Positions 55,044-63,345 of a stretch of 64,000 nucleotides of DNA are shown here, one piece after another. Position 1 is the stretch's first letter; each line of letters starts with the position of its first letter. The position numbers and the translations under genes are program-made. The stretch lies in the IMG/VR virus record IMGVR_UViG_3300014720_000016. One strand, written 5' to 3'. The notes under the pieces were generated by a model, which was not told where the DNA came from, did not search any database, and saw only the letters and a list, made by a program, of their open reading frames with translations. Source of the DNA: a virus.

Positions 55044-55605
55044 GATGTAGCTCGTCTATTGGTTTTTGTGCAATCAAGAAAGATGATCTATCAGGATAGG
55101 CTTCCGGTATGCCTTCCAGGTGATCGCTTTCGATTACGACTTCCTTGCAAAAGGAATCTGCATCAGGACAGCGAGCAGGCACCAGATCTATATCTTTTAA
55201 GCGGAAACCACCGGCTATCAGTGCAGAACAAAAAGGTTGCGCATCAAAGCCGCGCCAGTAATGCTGCCTAAATACAGATCGAATATATACTGATCCACCT
55301 GGAACAAGAGCGCGATAGATACTGGCAAAAAGTGTTTCGCTTTCGCCAGCTAGGATGATTCCGCTACCCCATTCCCCTATGACATAATGCAGTAGTACTG
55401 CCTGTACCGAGGCGTCAGGAAAACCAATGCCTTTCCTGGCATCCCGGTAGAAGTGGGGGTCGGCAGGAAAGTGGTGGTTTAACCTGCCTTGTGAATCCCG
55501 GTATTCATGCGCAGTTGCTGGATGGTTGATTGTTAAAGCATCTGGGTATCTAAATAGGAACGGATTTCTTCCAGATCCTATATCAAGAAAGGGCGCGGGT
55601 TTCAC
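55036..55605 (-). CDS. class I SAM-dependent methyltransferase-like protein
   Basis: FLDIGSG, FPDASV, YRALVPGG. Confidence 0.65.
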   Translation of the reverse strand: MKPAPFLDIGSGRNPFLFRYPDALTINHPATAHEYRDSQGRLNHHFPADPHFYRDARKGIGFPDASVQAVLLHYVIGEWGSGIILAGESETLFASIYRALVPGGSVYIRSVFRQHYWRGFDAQPFCSALIAGGFRLKDIDLVPARCPDADSFCKEVVIESDHLEGIPEAYPDRSSFLIAQKPIDELHHE

Positions 55606-55611
55606 GGCGTA

Positions 55612-56220
55612 TCAGTAGCGATGTAGCCTACGACCGGACTCTGGGCCATAGTAGGCAGTGATGTAATTACTGCCACCACCTTCGTAGTCATTGTCACGGT
55701 TATACTCATCGTTGCCAACAATCGTGCCGCCTGTTCCGCGAACCCACTCGATGGCATTTAGCTTTTTGAATAGCTCCCGCGCAATCGGATGGGCGCGGGC
55801 GTGCTCCCGAGCGTGGTTGTTTTCTGAGACTGCCCAAGTTACCGAGCAAGCCTTGTCATCAAAATAGACCTGTGCGTCTTCGATATCAAGGGCACACCCA
55901 ACGGACACTTTACGAGTGCTCAGATCGCCTTTGCGAGGCGCACGCAGCTTGACAGCGTTAGTAGGCGTCCTAGCGACAAGCATATCGAAAACTCTATAGT
56001 AGTCGGAGTCGCTCGCTTTTGAATGCACCAGTCGCCTGACGGCATCCTCTAGCTCTGCACTTTTAATCGGCTTGGCCTTAAGCTCTTTAAAGCAAGCCGT
56101 GGCGATGTTAAAAAGCCGCAGCTCATTATTATTCCAAGCCGTCAGCATCTCTTTGCGAAAACGTGGATAATCCTTGGAAGGCAGCTTGATGGTGCCGCGC
56201 TCCCACTCGTAACAGCTCAT
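55612..56220 (-). CDS. conserved phage hypothetical protein
   Basis: MSCYEWERGTI...W.RGTGG..GNDEYN. Confidence 0.65.
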   Translation of the reverse strand: MSCYEWERGTIKLPSKDYPRFRKEMLTAWNNNELRLFNIATACFKELKAKPIKSAELEDAVRRLVHSKASDSDYYRVFDMLVARTPTNAVKLRAPRKGDLSTRKVSVGCALDIEDAQVYFDDKACSVTWAVSENNHAREHARAHPIARELFKKLNAIEWVRGTGGTIVGNDEYNRDNDYEGGGSNYITAYYGPESGRRLHRY

Positions 56221-56256
56221 TGCTATGTCCTATATGCCTACAGGCATTTTAGAGAT

Positions 56257-56403
56257 TTATTCTTCTACTTCAGGCTCAACTACTTGAAGCCCAAGCTCGG
56301 GAAGGGGCATGTTGTCTGCCTTCCGTTCTGGGAGCACCGCCTCTTCCGCGTTCTGAATCACTACCACTTCACCGGGAGAAATATCAAAAACTACGATTGG
56401 CAT
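56257..56403 (-). CDS. small acidic protein (48 aa)
   Basis: GGAGG SD, MPIVVFDISPGE...; follows the degenerate element. Confidence 0.5.
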   Translation of the reverse strand: MPIVVFDISPGEVVVIQNAEEAVLPERKADNMPLPELGLQVVEPEVEE

Positions 56404-56434
56404 GGCTGCCTCCGTGGTGCGGTTGTGCCCGACT

Positions 56435-56467
56435 GGATCGGGGCGGCCCGGCCCGCTCTGGCATTCT
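56435..56467 (-). promoter_or_regulatory. degenerate copy of the GATCC element (no TAAA half)
   Basis: ggatc-ggggcggcccggc-ccgctc, intergenic, same orientation. Confidence 0.5.
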
Positions 56468-56504
56468 ACCTAATATATTACATAATATTTAGCATCAGAT
56501 GCCT

Positions 56505-57059
56505 TCAGTACCTGCACTCGGGATGACGCAAGAATAGAGGGCGATAACCAACGAGCTTGCCATGAAGCGCTTCTGAGGTTGTCCTTCCAACATAGACCCA
56601 ATGCCACGGTTCCTTGGGCGCGGTATTCACCCAGCCTAATTCTGGTCCGACGCGAGCAAGCCACCTATAGGTTTCTGATCGGGACCTCTTTCGGCGCTTC
56701 TTGCCGCAACGCACGGAGGTATTGGACAGATCAAGCGCAATTCCAGCCTGATGAGAGCTCAGTCCTAATGGAGCTGCCCATCGTCGCCGCTGTCGTAACA
56801 TGCGCCTCTGCTCACTAGAGCTGCGATAGGCAGAATTGATTTCCCAGTGAATGCCGTCAGTTTCCGCCCGCGCTACTAATTCCTGGTAAGCATCTGCGGC
56901 ATCTTGCCGCAGTATGTAGTCCTGGCCATCTGGACCTGTTCCTATTTTCTTTCCCCAGAATGGAGCCTTGTAACCATCGCTATAAGCATCTTCGACATAG
57001 CGCAGGTTGTAACCTAGGTCTGCGTAAAACGAAAAGACAAGGACAAGATGAAATATCAT
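56505..57059 (-). CDS. peptidase M15B (VanY-like D,D-carboxypeptidase / cell-wall hydrolase)
   Basis: INSAYRS, SSHQAGIALD, EPWHW; hydrophobic N-terminus. Confidence 0.88.
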   Translation of the reverse strand: MIFHLVLVFSFYADLGYNLRYVEDAYSDGYKAPFWGKKIGTGPDGQDYILRQDAADAYQELVARAETDGIHWEINSAYRSSSEQRRMLRQRRRWAAPLGLSSHQAGIALDLSNTSVRCGKKRRKRSRSETYRWLARVGPELGWVNTAPKEPWHWVYVGRTTSEALHGKLVGYRPLFLRHPECRY

Positions 57060-57061
57060 AA

Positions 57062-57433
57062 CTAGCTCGTAGATGACGAGCCGCCATCTTTGTTAGGAGA
57101 TAGAGCAGGATTCACAATGAACTGTGATCTTGTTATGTTCCCTAGCTCATCAAAATGAATGATTGCAGGCCCATCGGTGCGGTGGCACTTGCCATTCACG
57201 TAGTACTCAAGAGCGCGAACCGTTCCGTTAGGCCAGAACCACGCAGCAGCAGGCCCATGCGTATTCGTTATAAAACCAGTATTAGTTCGCCAGTGAGCAG
57301 ACTGTATAGTGCCGCGCTCTTTGTAAACAACTAGATATGCGCCCTCTTTGGCAGAGTACAGCCTTCCCCAATCCGGGTTCCATACCGCATCAGGAGGCCC
57401 GCTTGCTAGGAATTCCAAGAATGCAAGTTTCAT
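57062..57433 (-). CDS. MKL-start protein with HRxDGPA repeats
   Basis: MKLAFLEFL; HGPAA, HRTDGPAII. Confidence 0.65.
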   Translation of the reverse strand: MKLAFLEFLASGPPDAVWNPDWGRLYSAKEGAYLVVYKERGTIQSAHWRTNTGFITNTHGPAAAWFWPNGTVRALEYYVNGKCHRTDGPAIIHFDELGNITRSQFIVNPALSPNKDGGSSSTS

Positions 57434-57475
57434 AAATTACTGTAAGCCTTACTACTAAAAGGCCTGGAGAAATAC

Positions 57476-57760
57476 ATGATAAAGAAACTTGCAGAAATCG
57501 CAAATGAACTGGATGCAGCTGGCGAGATGGCTGCGGCGGACAGGGTAGACGCCATAATCGACAACCTACGCCAAGCAGCTGCCGGCGACATGAAGCGTCA
57601 CCCCGATTGGGTGGCGGCAGCCAGCCGGGCCTTACCAATGCTGGATTCAGCGATGGATTGTTTTACCGACAAGAATGTCACCCCTCCGGGCGATCTAGTA
57701 TGGGCAATCGAAGATCTCCGCAAGATTGTGGAGTTCAATAAAAAGAACCCCGCTAAGTAG
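57476..57760 (+). CDS. hypothetical protein with LAxxANExDxxG...AD.VD motif (opposite strand)
   Basis: GGAG SD; paralogous N-terminus with 31393..31983. Confidence 0.7.
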   Translation: MIKKLAEIANELDAAGEMAAADRVDAIIDNLRQAAAGDMKRHPDWVAAASRALPMLDSAMDCFTDKNVTPPGDLVWAIEDLRKIVEFNKKNPAK

Positions 57761-58031
57761 ATTTTTTGATTGCAGCTTCTGCAAGCTGTACGGCATCGCA
57801 GTAGATGCCAAAGCCTCGAGAATCGGACTCGGCACTAAGTCGGTTCGACTCAAGCAGCGCACGACAAGCATCTAGAGCCGTATCGCGTTGCCTGCGCATT
57901 ACGCAGAGGCCGCAAGGTCGATCTGCTGCACACTCATAGGTAAGCTCACCCGGACCAGCTACCGCGCAACCACCGATCTCAATCTGCCACATTAGGGCCT
58001 GGTAGGCCGCCTTCCAGTCTTTGTCTCTCAC
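57753..58031 (-). CDS. hypothetical protein
   Basis: 92 aa with Cys motifs. Confidence 0.55.
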   Translation of the reverse strand: MRDKDWKAAYQALMWQIEIGGCAVAGPGELTYECAADRPCGLCVMRRQRDTALDACRALLESNRLSAESDSRGFGIYCDAVQLAEAAIKKST

Positions 58032-58042
58032 AAGATCAGTAC

Positions 58043-58579
58043 CTACTCTTCCCAGTATACCTTCTCTCCCCTTCTATAAAGCCGTAGCTCAGGAGGAGGG
58101 CTGTCCAGATTGACAGTAAAGTGCTTATCATAAATAGTAAAATAGTTATTTGGTAGCAGCCCAAAGTTACCGGCTTCAAGTGCAATCAAGGAAAGGGGCT
58201 TGTGTTCCTGAGGGTACCTAGAGAAGCCATCGCTCCAATCTATGATAATCCCGGTATGACGAAATAGAAAATTTTCTTTTATTGTCTTTCCAGTTAACCC
58301 ATCTAGGTACGGAAAATGAGTAGCAGTTATATCGCTGCCCATGCAACCCCATGGCTCAATTGCCGGCAAGGTATCGGGCACAGCTTTATCCCTCAAAACT
58401 GAAAGAGGTAGACCGCTCCAGTGAGCCCCGCTTTGCAACTGAACATGAGTAAGCATAAGCTGACCCGGTCTAGCAAATACTCCATGAAGAATTCCCTGGG
58501 TCAGTCCAGGTTGCATATCATGGCCGAGATGCTCGTTGTCTACCCATACGTAGAAATGATGTGGCAGAGCTATATGCAT
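58043..58579 (-). CDS. conserved phage hypothetical protein
   Basis: SGAHWSGLP, PWGCMG, PQEHK, G.F..LPNN. Confidence 0.65.
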   Translation of the reverse strand: MHIALPHHFYVWVDNEHLGHDMQPGLTQGILHGVFARPGQLMLTHVQLQSGAHWSGLPLSVLRDKAVPDTLPAIEPWGCMGSDITATHFPYLDGLTGKTIKENFLFRHTGIIIDWSDGFSRYPQEHKPLSLIALEAGNFGLLPNNYFTIYDKHFTVNLDSPPPELRLYRRGEKVYWEE

Positions 58580-58584
58580 CGGGA

Positions 58585-58845
58585 CTACCTCACAACAAAT
58601 GCGTAGTTACCAGGAGGATACCCGGCTGGTGGGTGGGAGCGATGGTTCCATACTCCATCGCACCAATAATTCCATGACTCATGACCTTTGACTATTGAGA
58701 TGCACAACCAATCGCTACTTATCTCTGGATTAGCAGTTATCCTCTCAGGTGGCTCAATCCCAATTTCTCGCGAAACTATTCGTACTACCTCGCGCCAATC
58801 GCGCGAGGCGGCAGCAGATTGCAAAGCCCAGTCATGGAGTTTCAT
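58585..58845 (-). CDS. hypothetical protein, MKL-start family
   Basis: MKLHDWALQ. Confidence 0.6.
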   Translation of the reverse strand: MKLHDWALQSAAASRDWREVVRIVSREIGIEPPERITANPEISSDWLCISIVKGHESWNYWCDGVWNHRSHPPAGYPPGNYAFVVR

Positions 58846-58878
58846 TATTTGCCTGCATCATTACAGCAGGCTAGATCG

Positions 58879-59355
58879 TCAACTTCCTAGCTGAGCTTCT
58901 AGTTCAGCAGTGCGCTTGCGTAGGCGCTCAAGTTCATCTAGAGCATCTTTGTGCCGCTTAGCTTCCTCTGCCTGCTTGCGCTCTACGTCAGCCTTCTGCT
59001 GGCGCGCTAGCTTGTTTGTAAGCTGGCGCCGGAACAAAGGGCGACTAGGAAACGGAGGAGTTACGAAAACTTCATTATCATACAGCGTATTACCATTAAA
59101 CACAAACGCAGTATAGTTGACATCGCCCCGGCATTGTACGCGAAAGATAACTTCAGGGAATGCCTTGGATAGTGCAAGGGTCACACTGTGGCCTCCCGAC
59201 CACTTTGTTTCCGGGCTAAAGCGCCGCCAGCACCATGCAACGAAATTGCCGTCCTGCCTAAAATCAGTAAGCGCATTAGCTTCTGCCGCAATCTGCGCTT
59301 CAAGGGTTGGATTCGAATCGGCAATGTCAATGCAAAAAGAGTAATAACTTCCCAT
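58879..59355 (-). CDS. hypothetical protein
   Basis: MGSYYSF...KW...LSKAFPEVIF...GD; coiled-coil tail. Confidence 0.65.
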   Translation of the reverse strand: MGSYYSFCIDIADSNPTLEAQIAAEANALTDFRQDGNFVAWCWRRFSPETKWSGGHSVTLALSKAFPEVIFRVQCRGDVNYTAFVFNGNTLYDNEVFVTPPFPSRPLFRRQLTNKLARQQKADVERKQAEEAKRHKDALDELERLRKRTAELEAQLGS

Positions 59356-59813
59356 TATTTTTCCTCGGCTTTTGCAGCCTTTGTGTTATAACCTGACAGT
59401 AGGGCGAAGCCCTCGTGACGGGTCCATGTAACAGATGATGGCAGTCCGTATAGCGCCTCGGCTTCGCATCGCCCACAGCTAGCCGCGACTGCGGTACAGT
59501 CGCCAGAATGATGCGCGGATAGTTGCAGCTTGTGATGCGACACGAAGGCGCTAAATCCTCCCGGCCAAAGCGCATCCCAGCAATCGCCGTATTCATGCGT
59601 ATCACTAAATAGTTTCTTCATAAGGCCGGCTACAATTCCCTCGTAGCGCACCTGAGCATCTCGCGCACTAGCGGAGCCAAGCCCACCCTTTAGATGCATA
59701 TCAGCAGTAAGCAGCCGGTCATGAACAATGTATTCCAAGCACCAGCGATAATATGCAGCTCTATGAGCGTCCTCACTAATGTCCGCTGGCGGTGGGCATA
59801 TGTCGTGGCTCAT
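59355..59813 (-). CDS. hypothetical protein
   Basis: HSGDCT...CGRC motif. Confidence 0.6.
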   Translation of the reverse strand: MSHDICPPPADISEDAHRAAYYRWCLEYIVHDRLLTADMHLKGGLGSASARDAQVRYEGIVAGLMKKLFSDTHEYGDCWDALWPGGFSAFVSHHKLQLSAHHSGDCTAVAASCGRCEAEALYGLPSSVTWTRHEGFALLSGYNTKAAKAEEK

Positions 59814-59930
59814 GTATCACCTTGGTTTTCGCACGGATTCTGCCATGGTAGCCATGGCTATCGCAATAATCCAAAAAGGAGCACTGAGGATAAAAGCAGC
59901 AAAGATAATAGCTATTTCCAAGTACTTTTC

Positions 59931-60317
59931 CTAGGTTAAGTGATTCTTGTATACACAATAGCCGCTTGAGAGCGAGCTTCTTGCAAAACCAGCGGCCTCT
60001 GCCGCAGCTATTGCCTCTAGAGCCCCTGCGCTCGCAGGCATATTAAAATTAAGATAAATGGCACCTAACAAACTAGGTGCATCCCACTCGGTATCGCCAC
60101 CCATAGCAGAAATACCATCTTCTGAAACACCAAGCCTGTATATCATGAAGGCGCGCCGCGACACCCACTCTATCAGCAGGCTGTCCTCGCGAGCGAGTTG
60201 CAGCAGCATGTTAAATGGCACCCCGCATATTTCCTTAGGAACCGGCAAACCATAATCTGCAATTGATGCGCGGATATACTCATCGCTACCGGCCCACCAG
60301 ACATTTGCTAATTTCAT
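59931..60317 (-). CDS. hypothetical protein, MKL-start family
   Basis: Start MKLANVWW at an ATGA overlap. Confidence 0.6.
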   Translation of the reverse strand: MKLANVWWAGSDEYIRASIADYGLPVPKEICGVPFNMLLQLAREDSLLIEWVSRRAFMIYRLGVSEDGISAMGGDTEWDAPSLLGAIYLNFNMPASAGALEAIAAAEAAGFARSSLSSGYCVYKNHLT

Positions 60318-60853
60318 TTGCCTGCACAGCCGACGCAAAGCGATTTGATCCATCCAGAATTGACTTCGGCGTCCGCTCGCCCGCCACACTTTTCACAGAC
60401 ATGGCGGGAGACGCCCTCTGCCATGCGCACAAGACCGTCGATATATCTGTCGCCTCCTACATAGTAAAAGCACAGTACGCCGAACTTTTCTTTTACCTGG
60501 GTACACTGTACCTGATATATAGGCTCATGGGGCGTAAGAAAAGCAGCCTTGGCAATTACTTCATCTACGCGGTCGGCTACTTTAGGGCTGACCTTGAAAG
60601 TCGGCACGCCCCAATTAAAATGCTTTTCTAGCGGCCGTTTATTACCGGAGATGCCTGCTCGCAAGGCGCGATTATACCGCAGGTCTCGAGCACGGATGCT
60701 TCGCGAGCCACTGATATGATGTTGAATATTGGTACAGAGAACGTCAATGATGTTGTACCAGCCATCGCCGCAGCTGATGCCAATAAAGTCATTACCCCTG
60801 CGAAAGATGCGCGGGTGATCACGATATAGTTTTTCTTCCAGCCCAGGCGACAT
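60314..60853 (-). CDS. conserved phage protein (QVKEKFG family)
   Basis: CGDGWYNII, QVKEKFGVLCFY, CEKCG, GWIKSLC. Confidence 0.7.
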   Translation of the reverse strand: MSPGLEEKLYRDHPRIFRRGNDFIGISCGDGWYNIIDVLCTNIQHHISGSRSIRARDLRYNRALRAGISGNKRPLEKHFNWGVPTFKVSPKVADRVDEVIAKAAFLTPHEPIYQVQCTQVKEKFGVLCFYYVGGDRYIDGLVRMAEGVSRHVCEKCGGRADAEVNSGWIKSLCVGCAGK

Positions 60854-60854
60854 A

Positions 60855-61883
60855 CTACTCTCCTATCTTCAACAGGAACGCATTGTTAATTACCTTGAAG
60901 GAAGCCCTGGCTAATCCGGTTCCCAAGTAGCTCGCGATAACAGCGGAGTTGCGCTCTCGCGTAGGTCGGATAACAATACCCTCTCGTGGATGCCCGCTAT
61001 CATAGTTGCCCTCGGCAGCCGCTAAGGCTGTCTCAAGCGTAATATCAAGCTGCCTGACCCAAAGGATAGGTACTGTTGGAATTGAATAGCGGCTGCAAAA
61101 TTCTTGGAAATCTTCGAAGTCAAGGTACGCTTGCCCAGAGATGTCAAACACCTGGAAAGCATAAAATGCCTTGCCACGAATACCCAGACGGTTCCCCTGG
61201 ATGCTCTCGCCAACAAATTCTCCTTGGACGGCAAACCCGGCAGGCATATTTTCAAATATACCCAGCTGACGAGCCATGGTCCAGTGAGGAGATCCTTCAA
61301 TGTCTTTTAGTGCATAATTACGGGTGCAGACAAATTGCGTCTCGCCCTCGGCGTCACGATGCTTTGCAAAGGTAAGGGACTGGCCATCTAGCTTGACAGC
61401 TGCATAGCACTCTACGCCACGCAACTCGTCTAGTACCTCGGGTACTGATTGCAAGCGAATCTCATCTGTTTTGTTAAACAGGTGAGTGGGAAAATTGCCG
61501 GCAATTTCGCGAGCCCCGCTGGTAGATGCAGGCTCCCACTTTGTTACGCCAAGCTGGGCAGTGACATCGCTGCCTTCCGCAATAGGGCAGGACTCAGGAA
61601 GAACTGATACCGGCAGGGCTAGGCCCTGCGAAAGTACCCCTCGCATACGCTTGCTGCGCAGCCTAAAATTATCAGGTCGCTTGCCATCTGGCCACAAGAA
61701 AGAAAAGATGCTCCTATCAGGCAGGACGGAATCAATCTCGAAGTAAACGCAACAGTCGCCTGCCTGGAACTCTCCCTTGCGAGATACGAGCTGCCATCCA
61801 AGAACCTGGATCTTTTCGACCCTGTCTGCGCCAGGGATCGGGGATACTGATATTACCTTCTGGATGCTTGCCAGCTTGCGCAT
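60855..61883 (-). CDS. RNA ligase (DRB0094/Rnl2-like)
   Basis: MRKLASIQ, PIPGADR, YFEIDS, SQGL, KTDE, KLDG, QGE, REGIV, SFKVINN. Confidence 0.9.
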   Translation of the reverse strand: MRKLASIQKVISVSPIPGADRVEKIQVLGWQLVSRKGEFQAGDCCVYFEIDSVLPDRSIFSFLWPDGKRPDNFRLRSKRMRGVLSQGLALPVSVLPESCPIAEGSDVTAQLGVTKWEPASTSGAREIAGNFPTHLFNKTDEIRLQSVPEVLDELRGVECYAAVKLDGQSLTFAKHRDAEGETQFVCTRNYALKDIEGSPHWTMARQLGIFENMPAGFAVQGEFVGESIQGNRLGIRGKAFYAFQVFDISGQAYLDFEDFQEFCSRYSIPTVPILWVRQLDITLETALAAAEGNYDSGHPREGIVIRPTRERNSAVIASYLGTGLARASFKVINNAFLLKIGE

Positions 61884-61884
61884 G

Positions 61885-62106
61885 TCAGCCCTCCCCCTTG
61901 CCGTCCTCCGCGGCAGCGGCCTCAGCATCTTTTTCTTCAATATACTTGTGGAGAGAATCTGATACAAACCGCGAAAGGACATCAGGAGTGATTTCCGTCA
62001 CTCCATAAAAAAACTTAATATGTTCAGCTGCTTCATCATCATAATTGATGTCAGCTTTTAGGGAGCCGTCCGGCATTTCTTTAAGAGAAAGGATCTCGAT
62101 CTTCAT
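61885..62106 (-). CDS. hypothetical protein
   Basis: Start MKIEIL...EMPDGS. Confidence 0.6.
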   Translation of the reverse strand: MKIEILSLKEMPDGSLKADINYDDEAAEHIKFFYGVTEITPDVLSRFVSDSLHKYIEEKDAEAAAAEDGKGEG

Positions 62107-62224
62107 ATTTTTACCTTCATCCCGCCTCGCAATCCGAAACGGGCTCTGTCTGGAAGTATTTTGCGGGCGCATAGCACGCGGAGTGCTGTATCTTACTGCT
62201 TTTCTGCCCGCCTTCGCCACTAAG

Positions 62225-62257
62225 GGATCAGGCGGGACCGGGTTTAGGCCCGACCCG
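62225..62257 (-). promoter_or_regulatory. CCTAAA-N13-GATCC element, copy 11
   Basis: ggatc-aggcgggaccggg-tttaggcccgacccg. Confidence 0.8.
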
Positions 62258-62280
62258 TGCTGATATAGGGGCGCAAACCG

Positions 62281-62811
62281 CTATCCTAGCCCCTGAGCCG
62301 ACTGCGCTGCTTGGCGTGTATATTCGTACAGGATTACGTTGGCAGCTTGCGCGGCATTGATACAAAAGCCCACTCCGGGCATAGGAATGGCAATTATCTC
62401 GCTATTAAGTAGAATATCAGGGGGCACGCCAGTCTTTTCATTGCCAATAACAATACAGGTAGGCGTTTTCATATCAAAGGCATAGCTATGCAAGCTGGCT
62501 GCATCGGGATGCAGCTCTGCTGATAGCACCCGCATATCATGCGCGGCACAATGCTCTAATAGATCGTGAGGATTAGAAAACTTCCTGATAGTTAGGAAGT
62601 CGCTTGTTGATCCTGATAGTTCTCGGAGTACCGCTGGCGGCGGGCAATCACCGATTATATTAACGGCTCGCGCGCCAAAGCAAGCCGCCGCCCGAATTAG
62701 ATAGCCTATGTTTTCTTCACAACGGAAATTGACAGTAGCTACTTCTAGTGGATAGCATATGGCATTGGAAACTTTGGCAGAATATCTTTGTTTGCGAGTT
62801 TCACTTCGCAT
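62281..62811 (-). CDS. SpoU/TrmH-family RNA methyltransferase
   Basis: ENIGYLIRAAACFG, IGNEKTGV, IPMPG..CINAAQA. Confidence 0.9.
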   Translation of the reverse strand: MRSETRKQRYSAKVSNAICYPLEVATVNFRCEENIGYLIRAAACFGARAVNIIGDCPPPAVLRELSGSTSDFLTIRKFSNPHDLLEHCAAHDMRVLSAELHPDAASLHSYAFDMKTPTCIVIGNEKTGVPPDILLNSEIIAIPMPGVGFCINAAQAANVILYEYTRQAAQSAQGLG

Positions 62812-62824
62812 TAGTTAAGCGCCT

Positions 62825-63115
62825 TTACTTATCATTGGTACGCAATGGCGAGCCATTGAGATAATAGAATTCGTTGATTATATTTCCTGCTTCATCATGA
62901 ACCGTAACCGCCGGCCCATCTTCCCGGTGCAGTAATCCATTCTCTAGATAATCGCGATAGCGCAAGACACCGTTTTTAAACGTGAAAATGATTTGCCTGT
63001 ATTTTGTGGCTGGTGGGTTTTCGTCAATGTAAATAACCACATCGCCGTTAACCTTGCAGCGCCAGCCAGGCGGGCAGTTTACTATATAGTCGGCATGATA
63101 CATCTTCATCGCCAT
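62825..63115 (-). CDS. protein with LHREDGPA repeat
   Basis: NGLLHREDGPAV...YYLNG. Confidence 0.65.
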   Translation of the reverse strand: MAMKMYHADYIVNCPPGWRCKVNGDVVIYIDENPPATKYRQIIFTFKNGVLRYRDYLENGLLHREDGPAVTVHDEAGNIINEFYYLNGSPLRTNDK

Positions 63116-63345
63116 AGTAGTACCTTGTTTTTAATAGTACCATATGGCGGGCCTAGCTTGCTAGTTCACATAAGCGGCCTGATGAACAATAACGATCTCA
63201 TCCTCAGGAACAGATACCTGAATAGAAATTTCATTTCGGGCAGACCCTGCGGGTGCATTATCAGCGCATGAAGCAATTAGCACAAATGCAATGGCAATAA
63301 AAATCTTGATCAAGATACAAACCCTTTCTGTAGAAAATGGAGAAA

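Noticed and set aside
8063-62257. CRISPR array or integron attC array interpretation of the 33-bp repeats
   Set aside because: Copies are 1.5-9 kb apart with several genes between them. There are no spacer-sized intervals, no cas or integrase gene, and no RYYYAAC/GTTRRRY ends.
57062-63115. Diversity-generating retroelement suggested by two HRxDGPA-repeat genes
   Set aside because: No reverse transcriptase and no near-identical TR/VR nucleotide pair seen.
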